A DNA stretch of 64,000 nucleotides from Acidobacteriota bacterium. GTDB lineage: Bacteria > Acidobacteriota > UBA6911 > RPQK01 > JADFOI01. Under the pieces are notes generated by a model. That model was not told the origin of the DNA, made no database searches, and saw only the letters and a program-made list of their open reading frames with translations. The stretch spans positions 2,272,001-2,336,000 of the forward strand of contig OY760074.1 in NCBI GenBank assembly GCA_963663035.1, in the 5' to 3' direction. Positions 9,595 to 19,299 of the stretch are shown here, piece by piece (position 1 is the first letter of the stretch; each line of letters opens with the position of its first letter). Both the position numbers and the translations under genes were made by a program.

Positions 9595-11112
9595 CTAACC
9601 TTTGAAGTGACGCTCGATCATGCGGCCTGCCGCAAAGACTGTTACGGATGCCTGTGGCGTGCCGGTGTTTCCAGTGGTCACTCGAGGAATCACGCTCCCA
9701 TCACAAATGAGCAGATTGTCCACATCGTGTGACTCAAAGTATGGGTTGACCACAGACGTCTTGGGGTCGATTCCCGCCCGGCAGGAACCCACCTTGTGCG
9801 AACCGCCGGTTCTGGGTGAGAGGTTTTCGGGGATTTGACCTGATGTGATCTTACTGGCTCCCATCTGCTCCAGAACATCGCGGGCAATCTCAATTCCCTC
9901 TTTAGCCCGTCTGAGGGTCAGGCTGTGGTCACCGCCATAGAGAAGTTGTCCATCCGGGTCGATGTACCAGCGTCCGGTGGCCTTGCTCACACTCGCGGAA
10001 AGGGATCCTGTGCGGAGGACTCCTTTTTCGCGCATATACTGCTTGTGCTCTCGGCCATAGAGCGGCGCATAAGTGTTGAGGGCCGCCGAAGCGGGCATGC
10101 GGTAATTCCCAAACCCGGCCCGGAACAGAAGCCTCCCTTCGCCATCCGTCTGGTCGTCGTGAATCATGTAGTAGCCGCCGATATTTCCCAACTCTCCATC
10201 TCCCAGCGGCTCATCGAATAGTGCGCTGACACCCCCCCCCGCGCGAGGATGCCCATCGATGTGTTTTCCGATGTTGGAATTCTCCACGATGATTGGATTC
10301 CCTTTCCATTCCCGGGGCCCATAGCCAGAGCGCATCAACAGCAGTGGGGTATTCATGTATCCGCCTGAGACGATGATTTTATCGGCCGCAATTTCGTAGT
10401 CAGTGCCCCCTGTCCTACAGTGGAGGCTGCGCGCAATCCCCCGCTCCCCGTTGGCATCGATCTGGATCTTCTCCACATAGGTGTCTGGAATAATTTCCAC
10501 TCCGTGTTTCTCGGCCACCGGGATATAGGTCACCACAGTGCTGGAGCGCGAATCGTATTTGCACATCATGGGGCTGCTGCAGAAGCCGCAATAGATACAA
10601 TTCCGACGGGCTCCCTCCTGACGCTGCGGATCATAGCCCATCTTGCTGGCCACATCATAAAAGAGCCGGTTGCCTTGAGTGTCGATCTGGTCAGGATATT
10701 TATGGACGTTGAATTCGCGGCGGATTTCAGCCACTGCACCGCGAAGCTTGTCTTCGCTCCAGTCCACCCCGGTCTCCTGTTGCCAGTGCAGATAATCGGC
10801 AGGAAAAGGGAGAAAGGCCTGGGCACCCCAGTGGAGCGAACTTCCGCCCACGATTTTGGCCAGACTCCGATCATTGTTCCAGAGGTAGGTCCCAGCATAG
10901 CCGTCCTCCAGATTGGTAAACATTTGGCGCCGCAGGGGAGAACCGTAGCCGGGTCGAGGGGCACCCTTAAAGTAGGGTCCAGCCTCAATCAGTGCGACCG
11001 TAAGTCGATCTCCCGTTTGGGGATTGACTCCTTTTTCTGCGATTTTAGCGGCCAGAATGGGTCCGGAGAATCCGGCACCCACAATCGCCACATCGTACTT
11101 GGCCTCAGGCAT
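9595..11112 (-). CDS. GMC-family FAD oxidoreductase
   Basis: GAGFSG FAD motif, 'VGGSSLHW', Cys cluster CIYCGFC..C, C-terminal 'HKVGSCRAG..SVVN..DNLLICDGSVIP..GNT'. Confidence 0.9.
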   Translation of the reverse strand: MPEAKYDVAIVGAGFSGPILAAKIAEKGVNPQTGDRLTVALIEAGPYFKGAPRPGYGSPLRRQMFTNLEDGYAGTYLWNNDRSLAKIVGGSSLHWGAQAFLPFPADYLHWQQETGVDWSEDKLRGAVAEIRREFNVHKYPDQIDTQGNRLFYDVASKMGYDPQRQEGARRNCIYCGFCSSPMMCKYDSRSSTVVTYIPVAEKHGVEIIPDTYVEKIQIDANGERGIARSLHCRTGGTDYEIAADKIIVSGGYMNTPLLLMRSGYGPREWKGNPIIVENSNIGKHIDGHPRAGGGVSALFDEPLGDGELGNIGGYYMIHDDQTDGEGRLLFRAGFGNYRMPASAALNTYAPLYGREHKQYMREKGVLRTGSLSASVSKATGRWYIDPDGQLLYGGDHSLTLRRAKEGIEIARDVLEQMGASKITSGQIPENLSPRTGGSHKVGSCRAGIDPKTSVVNPYFESHDVDNLLICDGSVIPRVTTGNTGTPQASVTVFAAGRMIERHFKG

Positions 11113-11160
11113 GGCAAACCTTCTTGTCTGTTAGAGAATCAGCCAATGTTAGTTTCCTTG

Positions 11161-11913
11161 TCACACTACACTGGCCAGGACGGCCTCAGACCACTCTGGG
11201 AAAAGGTCCTCGGACAAACCCAGGATGTAGTCAATGATCTCTTTGGAGGAGACCACGTTGGCATATTTTTGGTTCATATCAAAGAGGTTGATAGCATGAG
11301 AAGCCTGTCCTCGATCGAAGGTACAGTCTTCAATCACCGCAACACGATAGTTGTGAGAGAAGGCGTCGATCACAGTGCTTCGAACACAACCACTGGTGGT
11401 GGTGCCGCAACACAGGAGTTGATCGACACCGAGGGTGATCAGGTACTGTAAAAGAGGTGTACCGAAAAAAGCGCTCGGCTTCTTCTTGCGAATGCACACT
11501 TCCCCGGGCTTGGGTGCAATCAAGTCGGGAATGTCATTGGCCTGGAGCCTTGTCTCCTGTGACCTTCCTCGCCACTGATCCACGCGCTTGTTCTTGACGC
11601 CCCAGGAGTGTTTATCCAGGAAGGGATGTTGCTGATCGCCGGTGGTGTAGAGAATGGGTAGACATTTTCTCCGCGCTGCATCAAGCACCGGAACCAGCTT
11701 CTCCATCGCCTGCCAACCTTCCTCACCACAGCTGTTGGGAAACTTAAGGATAGAATCTAGGATTTCCTCTGCACGGTCGCCCACGAAGCCAAAGTTGACA
11801 TCGATGATAAGCAGCGCGGGCCGACCCTTCAGATCGGCCTCGCGCCCATACCCGGCAGCCTCAAAAACCTTCTTGTCTCTATCCGTCAGGAAGACGTCCC
11901 AAATCCTTGACAT
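11161..11913 (-). CDS. Isochorismatase-family cysteine hydrolase (maleamate amidohydrolase/N-carbamoylsarcosine amidase-like)
   Basis: 'PALLIIDV', 'KKKPSAFFGT', 'GTTTSGCVRSTVIDA', 'FDMNQKYANV'. Confidence 0.88.
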   Translation of the reverse strand: MSRIWDVFLTDRDKKVFEAAGYGREADLKGRPALLIIDVNFGFVGDRAEEILDSILKFPNSCGEEGWQAMEKLVPVLDAARRKCLPILYTTGDQQHPFLDKHSWGVKNKRVDQWRGRSQETRLQANDIPDLIAPKPGEVCIRKKKPSAFFGTPLLQYLITLGVDQLLCCGTTTSGCVRSTVIDAFSHNYRVAVIEDCTFDRGQASHAINLFDMNQKYANVVSSKEIIDYILGLSEDLFPEWSEAVLASVV

Positions 11914-11938
11914 CCTGGACCTCCCCTCCGGTTAATTC

Positions 11939-13297
11939 CTATTCGTTTTCATAGGGAGGAAAGATTACCCGTCCACCCGGTGTCTCAAATTCGGGAATCC
12001 AATCCTCCCGCAACAGTTCGTCCGGATTCCCATACTTGGCGGCGGCCCGTCGTACTTCCGGATCATCCAGCACGGTGAGATGTCCACGATCCACCAGCGG
12101 TTGGCCATCAACTTCGAAGGTCACATAGTAGAAAAAGTTCATATCGCGATGGTTGGACGGAAGGGTGGGTGTCTCATCGACAACGCGGTTGAAGCGATCC
12201 GTTCCAAAGGCCATATGCAGCATACCAGTGCGTCTTCGAATCGGGCCGGCGGGACCAATTTTGGGATTCGTTCCCAAGGCAATCTCTTCCATCCATCCGA
12301 TGCCGGGCCCAGGATAGTAGCCGGGAAACTGGATGTTCTTGAAGCGCTCCAGAGCCGTTTTGATGTTTTCTCCTGCCACTCCGCCGCCTTCAACACGATT
12401 CACCGCTCCATTTTCCACATACAATCTGACGGTGGGAATCAAACCGGTTTGAGAGGTCACCATGACACCTTCCGCATCAGGATTGGCTGTCAGATAGGGC
12501 TCGGTGTCAGGATGAACCTCATGAGCGATTGGCCGATCCAGGGCATGTTCGCCATAAGTGGACATCCCGCGAGTCTCCTTAAAGCGCTCACGGTTGGTAT
12601 CGTCCAGGGTAAAGGTCAGATCCGTCCCGAGTGGATCGGTGACGTGAATCGTTTTACCATAGATATACCTCTGCCAGGTCTTGATGGCGATCATTTCCAG
12701 CAATTCATCGGGGTAGCTCACGGCCGGCGAAGCAAATGCTTCAGCCCTTGACCAATCGATGCTGGAGGAACGAACATTCAACTCCTGGCCGATCTGCCCG
12801 TAGTGGGTTCCTCGTGCTTGAAAACCCAGAACCATGTCGTAATCTTCGATCATGGTGGCAAGCCAACTGGGCACCACTCGGGCAATGATACCCCGAACAG
12901 CCATATAGTTGGTCGGATCAAAGTTATCGTAGTCTAGGATTTCACGGCGCTCCCGACTCAGCGTAGCACCGATATTTCTCGAAATGACATCAGTGGTCAC
13001 TCCCATTTCCTGGGCCGCAATCGCCAGTGCCTGAACCACCAGCCGGTCCATTCCACCAGCCGAGATGAGGAGTTTTTCTCCGTCCTTGAGGCCCAATCCG
13101 TATTGGGCACCAATCAACCAACTCCAGGGGCGGCGGACCAAAATTCGCGCGTTGGGTAACAATTGCTCCACGTTTGTCACTCGGTACCGTTTGGGGGATC
13201 GAGGAGCCTCCAAATCTGAACTCTGCGCGGCCAGCTCGCCGAAACAGAGCACCGCAGTAAACAGCACAACTGCCATTGCTGAAAAAAGCCTTTTCAT
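11939..13297 (-). CDS. Secreted M29 aminopeptidase/NicX-like metalloenzyme
   Basis: Signal peptide MKRLFSAMAVVLF...; 'IHVTDPLGTDLTF', 'EEIALGTNP', 'HMAFG' and 'HRD' resemble M29/NicX metal-site motifs. Confidence 0.6.
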   Translation of the reverse strand: MKRLFSAMAVVLFTAVLCFGELAAQSSDLEAPRSPKRYRVTNVEQLLPNARILVRRPWSWLIGAQYGLGLKDGEKLLISAGGMDRLVVQALAIAAQEMGVTTDVISRNIGATLSRERREILDYDNFDPTNYMAVRGIIARVVPSWLATMIEDYDMVLGFQARGTHYGQIGQELNVRSSSIDWSRAEAFASPAVSYPDELLEMIAIKTWQRYIYGKTIHVTDPLGTDLTFTLDDTNRERFKETRGMSTYGEHALDRPIAHEVHPDTEPYLTANPDAEGVMVTSQTGLIPTVRLYVENGAVNRVEGGGVAGENIKTALERFKNIQFPGYYPGPGIGWMEEIALGTNPKIGPAGPIRRRTGMLHMAFGTDRFNRVVDETPTLPSNHRDMNFFYYVTFEVDGQPLVDRGHLTVLDDPEVRRAAAKYGNPDELLREDWIPEFETPGGRVIFPPYENE

Positions 13298-13390
13298 GAC
13301 ACTTCCTCCCATGTACTTATTCTAATGTTGGATCATCCTACTTTCTCTGGACAATCGACGCAAGGACTCTTTTTCCTTGATTTACCGGCA

Positions 13391-15724
13391 TCATCTCTCT
13401 CCAAGAGAGGGAATCCAATCCTCTTGAAGCAACTCTTCCACTGATCCAAGTTGCTCAGCCAATTCCTGGACCTCTGCATCATCCAGAGCTGTGAGATGGC
13501 CCAGGTCAATGAGGATCCTTGGCCCACCTGCGTTCAGGAGGCCGAAGTACATAGCGAGGGGAAGACGTCCCTCGTTTTCGGCCCAGGGCCCCAGCGAAAC
13601 AGAAACAACCCCGGATCGCTGGGTGGCTGCATAGTAAGACCACAACAGAGAAGAAAATCCGCTCACTGCAGCCGGGAGAGGAAAAGCCTTCGGGTTCACC
13701 CCGAAGCTCACCTCAAGAAATCCTCCCTGGGCAGTCGCCGTCCTGACAGCATTCGCGAGCCGGGCGCTTGCATCCAATTCCACGACCTGGCTCTGACCGA
13801 TGTGAATCTCTGTGCGTGGCACCCTCCCCGAGAAGATGTTGGAGGTCACGATGATTCCCTCCACACCCCTGTCCTTGGGAACCATCCGGAAGCGGATGTT
13901 GCCGGGAAATACGGACCAGTTCCTGGCAAAGGGACTTCGCACCACGTCGTAATCGAAAATCAGGCTGGTTCCGATGTTGTTGGACAGAATGATGGTGCTT
14001 TCTGCTTGCAGTTCTTCCTCCACTTTCCGCCCGATGAGCTCCAGAAGTTGGGGAGGGTAGGTGGCCCATTTTGAGGTGAGCAATTCGGGAATAGCGACTA
14101 CCCCAACCCAACGGGTACGGATACTTTCCAGCCAGGAGTCCATGTCCTGACCGTCTATGGTGAGTTGGGGGAGATGAAAATAGGATAGAGAGAGAACGCA
14201 ATCGGCCTCTTCGATGGCCTGTTTCAGCTCTGCGGAAAAGTTTCTCGCGACTGCCTGTTGAAGAAGGGAAAGAGCTTCCGTGTCTGGCTCAGGCACCTGT
14301 GTGCTGATCGTTCTCACCTGAGCGTCGGTTTCTGCAAGCGCTGCCTCCAGCCCTTCCAAACTCAGCAGCGGGACCGAATCGTCGGTGATGATCAGCACCT
14401 TTTCATCCCCGCTAATTCCAGCCACATCCTGGATGAGAAGTTCCAGAGCTGGCAAAAGAGGATCGACTGTCGTGATGGGCTCAATGGTGGGGGCTCTGGA
14501 TTCCGGAAAAGTTCCCGGTAAAACTGTGCACTGGACCACCAGGAGCTCCGTTCCTCCCAGCGCTTCCGCCAGTTGGAGCACCTCAGGGTCTCTGAGGGCC
14601 ATAGGGTAGCCCTCCCGGAAAACCTCTTCGCCGTCTGCCCAGACCGAAGGAAAGTAGACCTGAAGAAAGAAAGACTGTGATGGATCCTCGCCCCAGAAAC
14701 CCATACGCATAGCACCCGCTCTCCCGGCGCTGGACAACTGATTGTGGAGCGCGGCGGAACCTGTCAAGGGCTTGGGAAGACGCACCGATCTGGGATGCAG
14801 GGCCCAACCGACCGTGTGTAGTTGGAAGGACTCCCGATCCTGTAATTTCAGCAGCTCTCCAATTTCTCCGCCTCCCTGAAGCGAAACCATGCGGCCAGCT
14901 TCTATGCCCATTCGCAGCAGAGGCATGAATCCGGTGGAGATGGAGTGACTGACAACCGATCCACGCATGTCCTCGCCGGGTGTGACCTGGACCCAGGCGT
15001 TGTAGGGAAAGGCAAGGGAAGGAGCCGGTGGAGAATGGGTGACGTTCCCGGGCGTAAAGGTGAGAGCTGTGCCAGCAGGATCCGTGACCCGGATGGTCTT
15101 TGCCTGACCGAGTTGCAGCGCAATTTTTTCGGCTAGCAAATCAATGATCTCAGGGGGGTAAAAAGCCCCCGGGGCAGCCAGCAGCTCGGGAACAGCCGTC
15201 ACCGAAATGAAACGGAGCTGGCCGCTCTCAATTTGTCCGGAAAGGAGCGGCTCCTTCAGAAATTCAGGATTGATATAAGCGAGAGCCAAGACCACATCAG
15301 CTGTGCGGACTTCATCCCATGTCTCTTGCGGCCACCAGTCTCTCCAGTGCTGTTCCTGTAAGAGTGTGACCGTGTCTGAAGTGGGTGAAAGAGGGATAGA
15401 ATGCGTCCGGACCTCCGCCTTCTTCTCCAGAGCAGCCTGCTCAAAAACCTGTAGCAGCAGGGGATTGATGCTGGAATCTGAGAGGATTAAAACGTTGTCT
15501 CCGGGTACAACCAGGGCGACCTCACCGATCACCTTCCTGGCCGCTTGCAGCAATGGCTCTGGGCGAAACACCGGCTTGAGGGTAATCGGCTCGAGGTACT
15601 CGGGAAGAGAATACCCCCCTGGCATGGTTGGCAGTTGGGCCCAGACCGGCTCCGGCCCTTGTAAGATCAACGTACTCAAGGATAGAAAGAAAAGCGTTCT
15701 TTTAAAGATCAAAAGACAAGTCAC
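13391..15724 (-). CDS. Secreted protein with two tandem M29/NicX-like domains, apparently lacking metal ligands
   Basis: Signal peptide; internal duplication ('GDNVLILSD..YPPEIIDLL..IRVTDPAGT' vs 'DEKVLIITD..YPPQLLELI..ILSNNIGT'). The C-terminus 'GHLTALDD..LLQEDWIP' matches 11939-13297. Confidence 0.55.
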   Translation of the reverse strand: MTCLLIFKRTLFFLSLSTLILQGPEPVWAQLPTMPGGYSLPEYLEPITLKPVFRPEPLLQAARKVIGEVALVVPGDNVLILSDSSINPLLLQVFEQAALEKKAEVRTHSIPLSPTSDTVTLLQEQHWRDWWPQETWDEVRTADVVLALAYINPEFLKEPLLSGQIESGQLRFISVTAVPELLAAPGAFYPPEIIDLLAEKIALQLGQAKTIRVTDPAGTALTFTPGNVTHSPPAPSLAFPYNAWVQVTPGEDMRGSVVSHSISTGFMPLLRMGIEAGRMVSLQGGGEIGELLKLQDRESFQLHTVGWALHPRSVRLPKPLTGSAALHNQLSSAGRAGAMRMGFWGEDPSQSFFLQVYFPSVWADGEEVFREGYPMALRDPEVLQLAEALGGTELLVVQCTVLPGTFPESRAPTIEPITTVDPLLPALELLIQDVAGISGDEKVLIITDDSVPLLSLEGLEAALAETDAQVRTISTQVPEPDTEALSLLQQAVARNFSAELKQAIEEADCVLSLSYFHLPQLTIDGQDMDSWLESIRTRWVGVVAIPELLTSKWATYPPQLLELIGRKVEEELQAESTIILSNNIGTSLIFDYDVVRSPFARNWSVFPGNIRFRMVPKDRGVEGIIVTSNIFSGRVPRTEIHIGQSQVVELDASARLANAVRTATAQGGFLEVSFGVNPKAFPLPAAVSGFSSLLWSYYAATQRSGVVSVSLGPWAENEGRLPLAMYFGLLNAGGPRILIDLGHLTALDDAEVQELAEQLGSVEELLQEDWIPSLGER

Positions 15725-15841
15725 CCCAAGTTTTAGCCTTAATTTAGGAAGTTGAAAGCCCGAAGATTTTACAACTTTTTTCTCCCAGGATACAATCCTC
15801 CCACGATAGAAGTCTTAAACTGTTGATTAGGAGGCACATCG

Positions 15842-16897
15842 ATGGGGGATACCCTTCCAAAGCTCAAGGCGGCCGCAGTACAGGCGGCGCCCATACTGCT
15901 CGATCGTGAAGCAACCGTTGCCAAGGCCTGTCGGCTCATCGAGGAAGCCGGCGACTCTGGAGCAAAGGTGATCGGCTTTCCCGAGTGCTACATCCCAGGA
16001 CATCCCTATTGGTATGACTTCTACGTAGCAAACGATCCGATCTGTAGCTCCTTCAATCTGGAACTCTTCAAGAATGCTGTGGTCGCGCCAAGTCCCGCCA
16101 CCGAGGCACTGGGACAAGCGGCGCGGCGTGCCCAGGCTTATGTGGTGATGGGCATCGCCGAAAAGGACGCGGGCAGCTACGGCACCCTCTATAACACTCA
16201 GCTTTTCTTCGGGCCCGATGGCACTCTGCTGGGAAAGCATCGGAAACTTGTCCCCACCAGCTGGGAACGTCTGGTTCACACGGGTGGTGATGGGAGTACC
16301 TTGAACACATTTGACACTCCTTTTGGCGGACTCTCAGGTCTCATTTGCGGCGAGAACATCAATAGTCTGGCGCGTACCGCCCTGCTGCTGGAGGGCGAAG
16401 TGGTTCATGTAGCAAGCTGGCCAGCCTTCGCCACTCAGGGCTACGAACGCCAGTTCCACACCATGGATGTCCGAATGCGTTACTACGCTTTCGAAGGGCG
16501 CATCTTCGTCATTTCGGCGGCCTCCGTGTGGAGCGAAGAAATGAAAGATGTGCTTCAACTGGACTCCCACGCCCGCGCCCGCTTTATCGGCGATGGAGGT
16601 CATTCTGGAGTTCTCGATCCGATGGGCGACTACATCGCCGGTCCCCAGGACGAAGGTGAGACAATCCTTTACGCTGACCTGGATTTGGAGCAGGTCACAA
16701 AGGGCAAGCTACTGCATGACGTCACCGGCCATTACCAGCGCTTTGACGTTTTCTCTCTCCAGGTGAATCGACAGGCCTACGGGCCCAATCTCGTTGGGCC
16801 AGGAGCGGAAAAGCAAGTTGGGCCGCTGGAGGGCAGCCCGGAAAGCGAAGCGGACAGCGACGTGCTTGTGCATGACCCAGATCTCGTCCAGACTTAG
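15842..16897 (+). CDS. Nitrilase (carbon-nitrogen hydrolase family)
   Basis: Catalytic triad FPE, HRKLVPT, ICGEN; C-terminal DVTGHYQRFDVF. Confidence 0.93.
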   Translation: MGDTLPKLKAAAVQAAPILLDREATVAKACRLIEEAGDSGAKVIGFPECYIPGHPYWYDFYVANDPICSSFNLELFKNAVVAPSPATEALGQAARRAQAYVVMGIAEKDAGSYGTLYNTQLFFGPDGTLLGKHRKLVPTSWERLVHTGGDGSTLNTFDTPFGGLSGLICGENINSLARTALLLEGEVVHVASWPAFATQGYERQFHTMDVRMRYYAFEGRIFVISAASVWSEEMKDVLQLDSHARARFIGDGGHSGVLDPMGDYIAGPQDEGETILYADLDLEQVTKGKLLHDVTGHYQRFDVFSLQVNRQAYGPNLVGPGAEKQVGPLEGSPESEADSDVLVHDPDLVQT

Positions 16898-16951
16898 TCG
16901 AGAGACCGCCCATCAGCCTAACCGGGCATTTCATCTGTTATACTTCCGTAA

Positions 16952-17281
16952 GTGATGCGGTTAGACATTATCCTTACCAACATCGACTCCGTTCCTGGGA
17001 AAACGGTTGTCGAACACTTTGGGTTGGTCCAGGGAGCCACCATTCGAGCGAAGCACCTCGGCACGGACACCCTGGCCGCGCTGAAAAATCTCGTCGGCGG
17101 GGAACTCAAGGGATACACCAAACTCCTGCAAGAGTCTCGTCAGGAGGCTACCGAGCGTATGGTTGACCAGGCCAAAGAGCTTGGAGCCAACGCCATCATC
17201 AATGTCCGCTTTGCCACCTCCTCGGTGGCTAAGGGGGCCGCGGAGCTCTTCGCTTACGGGACCGCCGTTCGAGTGGAATAG
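16952..17281 (+). CDS. YbjQ-family protein (UPF0145)
   Basis: 'GLVQGAT..LKNLVGGELKGYT..A..LGANAIINVRF..AYGTAV'. Confidence 0.92.
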   Translation: MMRLDIILTNIDSVPGKTVVEHFGLVQGATIRAKHLGTDTLAALKNLVGGELKGYTKLLQESRQEATERMVDQAKELGANAIINVRFATSSVAKGAAELFAYGTAVRVE

Positions 17282-17285
17282 ATCG

Positions 17286-17738
17286 ATGTTTGATCTGGCT
17301 ATTTTCCTCACCCTGATGGCTGTGGGGTACTTTGCCGGTCGAGCGGCAGAGCATCAACACTACAAATCAATCCTGCTCCGTGAAAAGGTTTCAATGCGCC
17401 TGCCAACCGTGACCAGCGCAATGCTTCCGGAAGGGGACCGAGTCGAAAAGACGTTTCTGGTTTCCGGAAGCTGTGTGGTCTCCATCGACTATTTCAAGCG
17501 CATCCTGGCAGGGCTTCGAAACCTCGTTGGCGGGAGAATGACAGCTTACGAAACACTGATTGACCGTGCTCGCCGCGAAGCTATCCTGAGAATGAAGCAT
17601 GAGGCTCTTGGCAGTCATATCATTGTCAATATGCGACTGGAAACGGCCAGTGTTTTCAGTTCCACCGAACGAAACAGCATTGGTAGTGTCGAGGTCTTCG
17701 CCTACGGGACGGCGGTCAAGCTGAAACGGATCTCTTGA
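17286..17738 (+). CDS. YbjQ-family protein with N-terminal membrane anchor
   Basis: Start ATG 17286 (MFDLAIFL...); 'LRNLVGGRMTAYETLIDRARREA..AYGTAV'. Confidence 0.85.
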   Translation: MFDLAIFLTLMAVGYFAGRAAEHQHYKSILLREKVSMRLPTVTSAMLPEGDRVEKTFLVSGSCVVSIDYFKRILAGLRNLVGGRMTAYETLIDRARREAILRMKHEALGSHIIVNMRLETASVFSSTERNSIGSVEVFAYGTAVKLKRIS

Positions 17739-18550
17739 AGTACACTCCCAAGCTGCTGAGCGAAAACATCAACATTTCCCAGACCCATCCGCTCAAAGAG
17801 TTTGCCATCCTCACTGGAGGCATTCTGGGGGCGCTGATCCTGATTTACGTGCTGTCGGGACTTGCCCTGGAGCTGGTGGTGGTCCCACGCATACCGGTCG
17901 GTGTGGAGCGATCCCTGGGTGAGCTGTTTCTGGGGAACTATACCCTCCAGGAATCGGCCGAGACCCAGTACCTTCAGAAAATCCTGGACCGGTTGGTGGA
18001 ACACCTCCCTCCACAGGCGCTCGATTTCCTGCTCCATGTCGAGGAGAATCCGGCTGTCAATGCCATGGCGCTGCCGGGTGGCCATATCGTGCTCTATAGA
18101 GGTCTGCTCGACCGGATCGACTCGGAGAACGAACTGGCCATGATTCTCGGACATGAACTCGGCCACTTTGCCAAGCGCCACCATCTCAGAGGGTTGGGAC
18201 GGGGTCTGGTGCTGCTGGTTCTCTCCACCGCCATGCTGGGGGACCAGAGCGGGATCACCCAGTTTCTCCAGAACAGTCTGGCCACGGTCGAGTCCAAATT
18301 CTCCCAAGGGCAGGAACGAGAAGTCGACCAATACGGCCTCCATCTTCTTCAGAAATCTTATGGCCACGTGGCCGGGGCCACCGACTTCTTCGAACGGATT
18401 CAAAAGGAGGAACCCCGAGGCCACCTGGCCTACTTCTTCGCCTCCCATCCCTCGCCGGCCAACCGCGTCGATTCCCTGCAGGAGTTGATCGCCGCCGCCC
18501 GATATCCAATCAGAGAAAAGACGCCGCTGGCTCTCCCAGAAAGTCCTTGA
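17735..18550 (+). CDS. M48-family zinc metallopeptidase
   Basis: 'NAMALPGG', HELGH (HExxH), 'FSQGQEREVD', 'SHP..R'. Confidence 0.92.
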   Translation: MKYTPKLLSENINISQTHPLKEFAILTGGILGALILIYVLSGLALELVVVPRIPVGVERSLGELFLGNYTLQESAETQYLQKILDRLVEHLPPQALDFLLHVEENPAVNAMALPGGHIVLYRGLLDRIDSENELAMILGHELGHFAKRHHLRGLGRGLVLLVLSTAMLGDQSGITQFLQNSLATVESKFSQGQEREVDQYGLHLLQKSYGHVAGATDFFERIQKEEPRGHLAYFFASHPSPANRVDSLQELIAAARYPIREKTPLALPESP

Positions 18551-18564
18551 TGGCCGCCCAGCTA

Positions 18565-18838
18565 AGTGCTCCCTTCCAAACATACGGTGATGTTTGCGGA
18601 GAGGGCTTGTGAGGCAAGGTCAAGGAGCGAGAAGGAGGCGATGTCCCAGGACATCATCGACGACGAGCGACGAAGAGATTGACCGCAACCCCCCTCCGCC
18701 CAAAGGGTTGCGGCGCTGCGCCTCCATCTTCTATGTTGCTCCTCCTGGGCGATATCCCGTATCGACTCGTCGGAGCGCCTTGAATACGGGGGCGGAGCGC
18801 TAGCAACAAAGATTATCGTATGTTTGGAAGTGAGCACT
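18565..18838 (-). mobile_element. MITE family 2, copy 1 (~274 bp, palindromic)
   Basis: TIR AGTGCTCCCTTCCAAACATACG / CGTATGTTTGGAAGTGAGCACT. The body is the reverse complement of the 19844 and 24217 copies. Confidence 0.85.
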
Positions 18839-18980
18839 ATGACGTGTCGTCACTTGTCGGAGTGTAAACTTCCGTTGACACTTTCGCAGGCCTCGACGGT
18901 TCCAGGTGTATCCCAAGACTCGCCTATAACTCCAATTATTACAATAGCTTAATAGCATTCTACCAGTAATCCTTCATCTC

Positions 18981-18996
18981 TGGAACAGGAATTGCT
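18981..18996 (+). promoter_or_regulatory. Putative sigma54 (-24/-12) promoter
   Basis: TGGAACAGGAATTGCT has correct GG-N10-GC spacing; AT-rich tract upstream. Confidence 0.5.
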
Positions 18997-19197
18997 CTAG
19001 TAAGGAGACTGATGTGTCGTCCTTGAGTTAAACCGGCCATACATACCGATCAAAGCTGCTTTGGCTCGCGAACTGAAATGACAAAAGAGGGAGGTAGAAT
19101 TTGTTTCAACCGATGAAATCAGTCTTGTGGTCTGATTGATGGAGAACCTGCTAGGGTTTCCCATCAATCGAATCCTAAAGACACACGACCGGCAGGT

Positions 19198-19228
19198 GTG
19201 CGCCCTACAGAATCTGTCTAGGGCGCAC
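19198..19228. repeat. REP-like inverted repeat
   Basis: GTGCGCCCTA-cagaatctgtc-TAGGGCGCAC. Confidence 0.55.
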
Positions 19229-19299
19229 GACCCTGTTTTCCTCAGGCCCTCCTACAACTCAGCCCCGATAACTACTAGCCCGGATGACGCATATATTCT

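Noticed and set aside
10232-10240. C9 tract in the GMC gene as a phase-variation switch
   Set aside because: The reading frame is intact (Gly codons) and one sequence gives no evidence of length variation.
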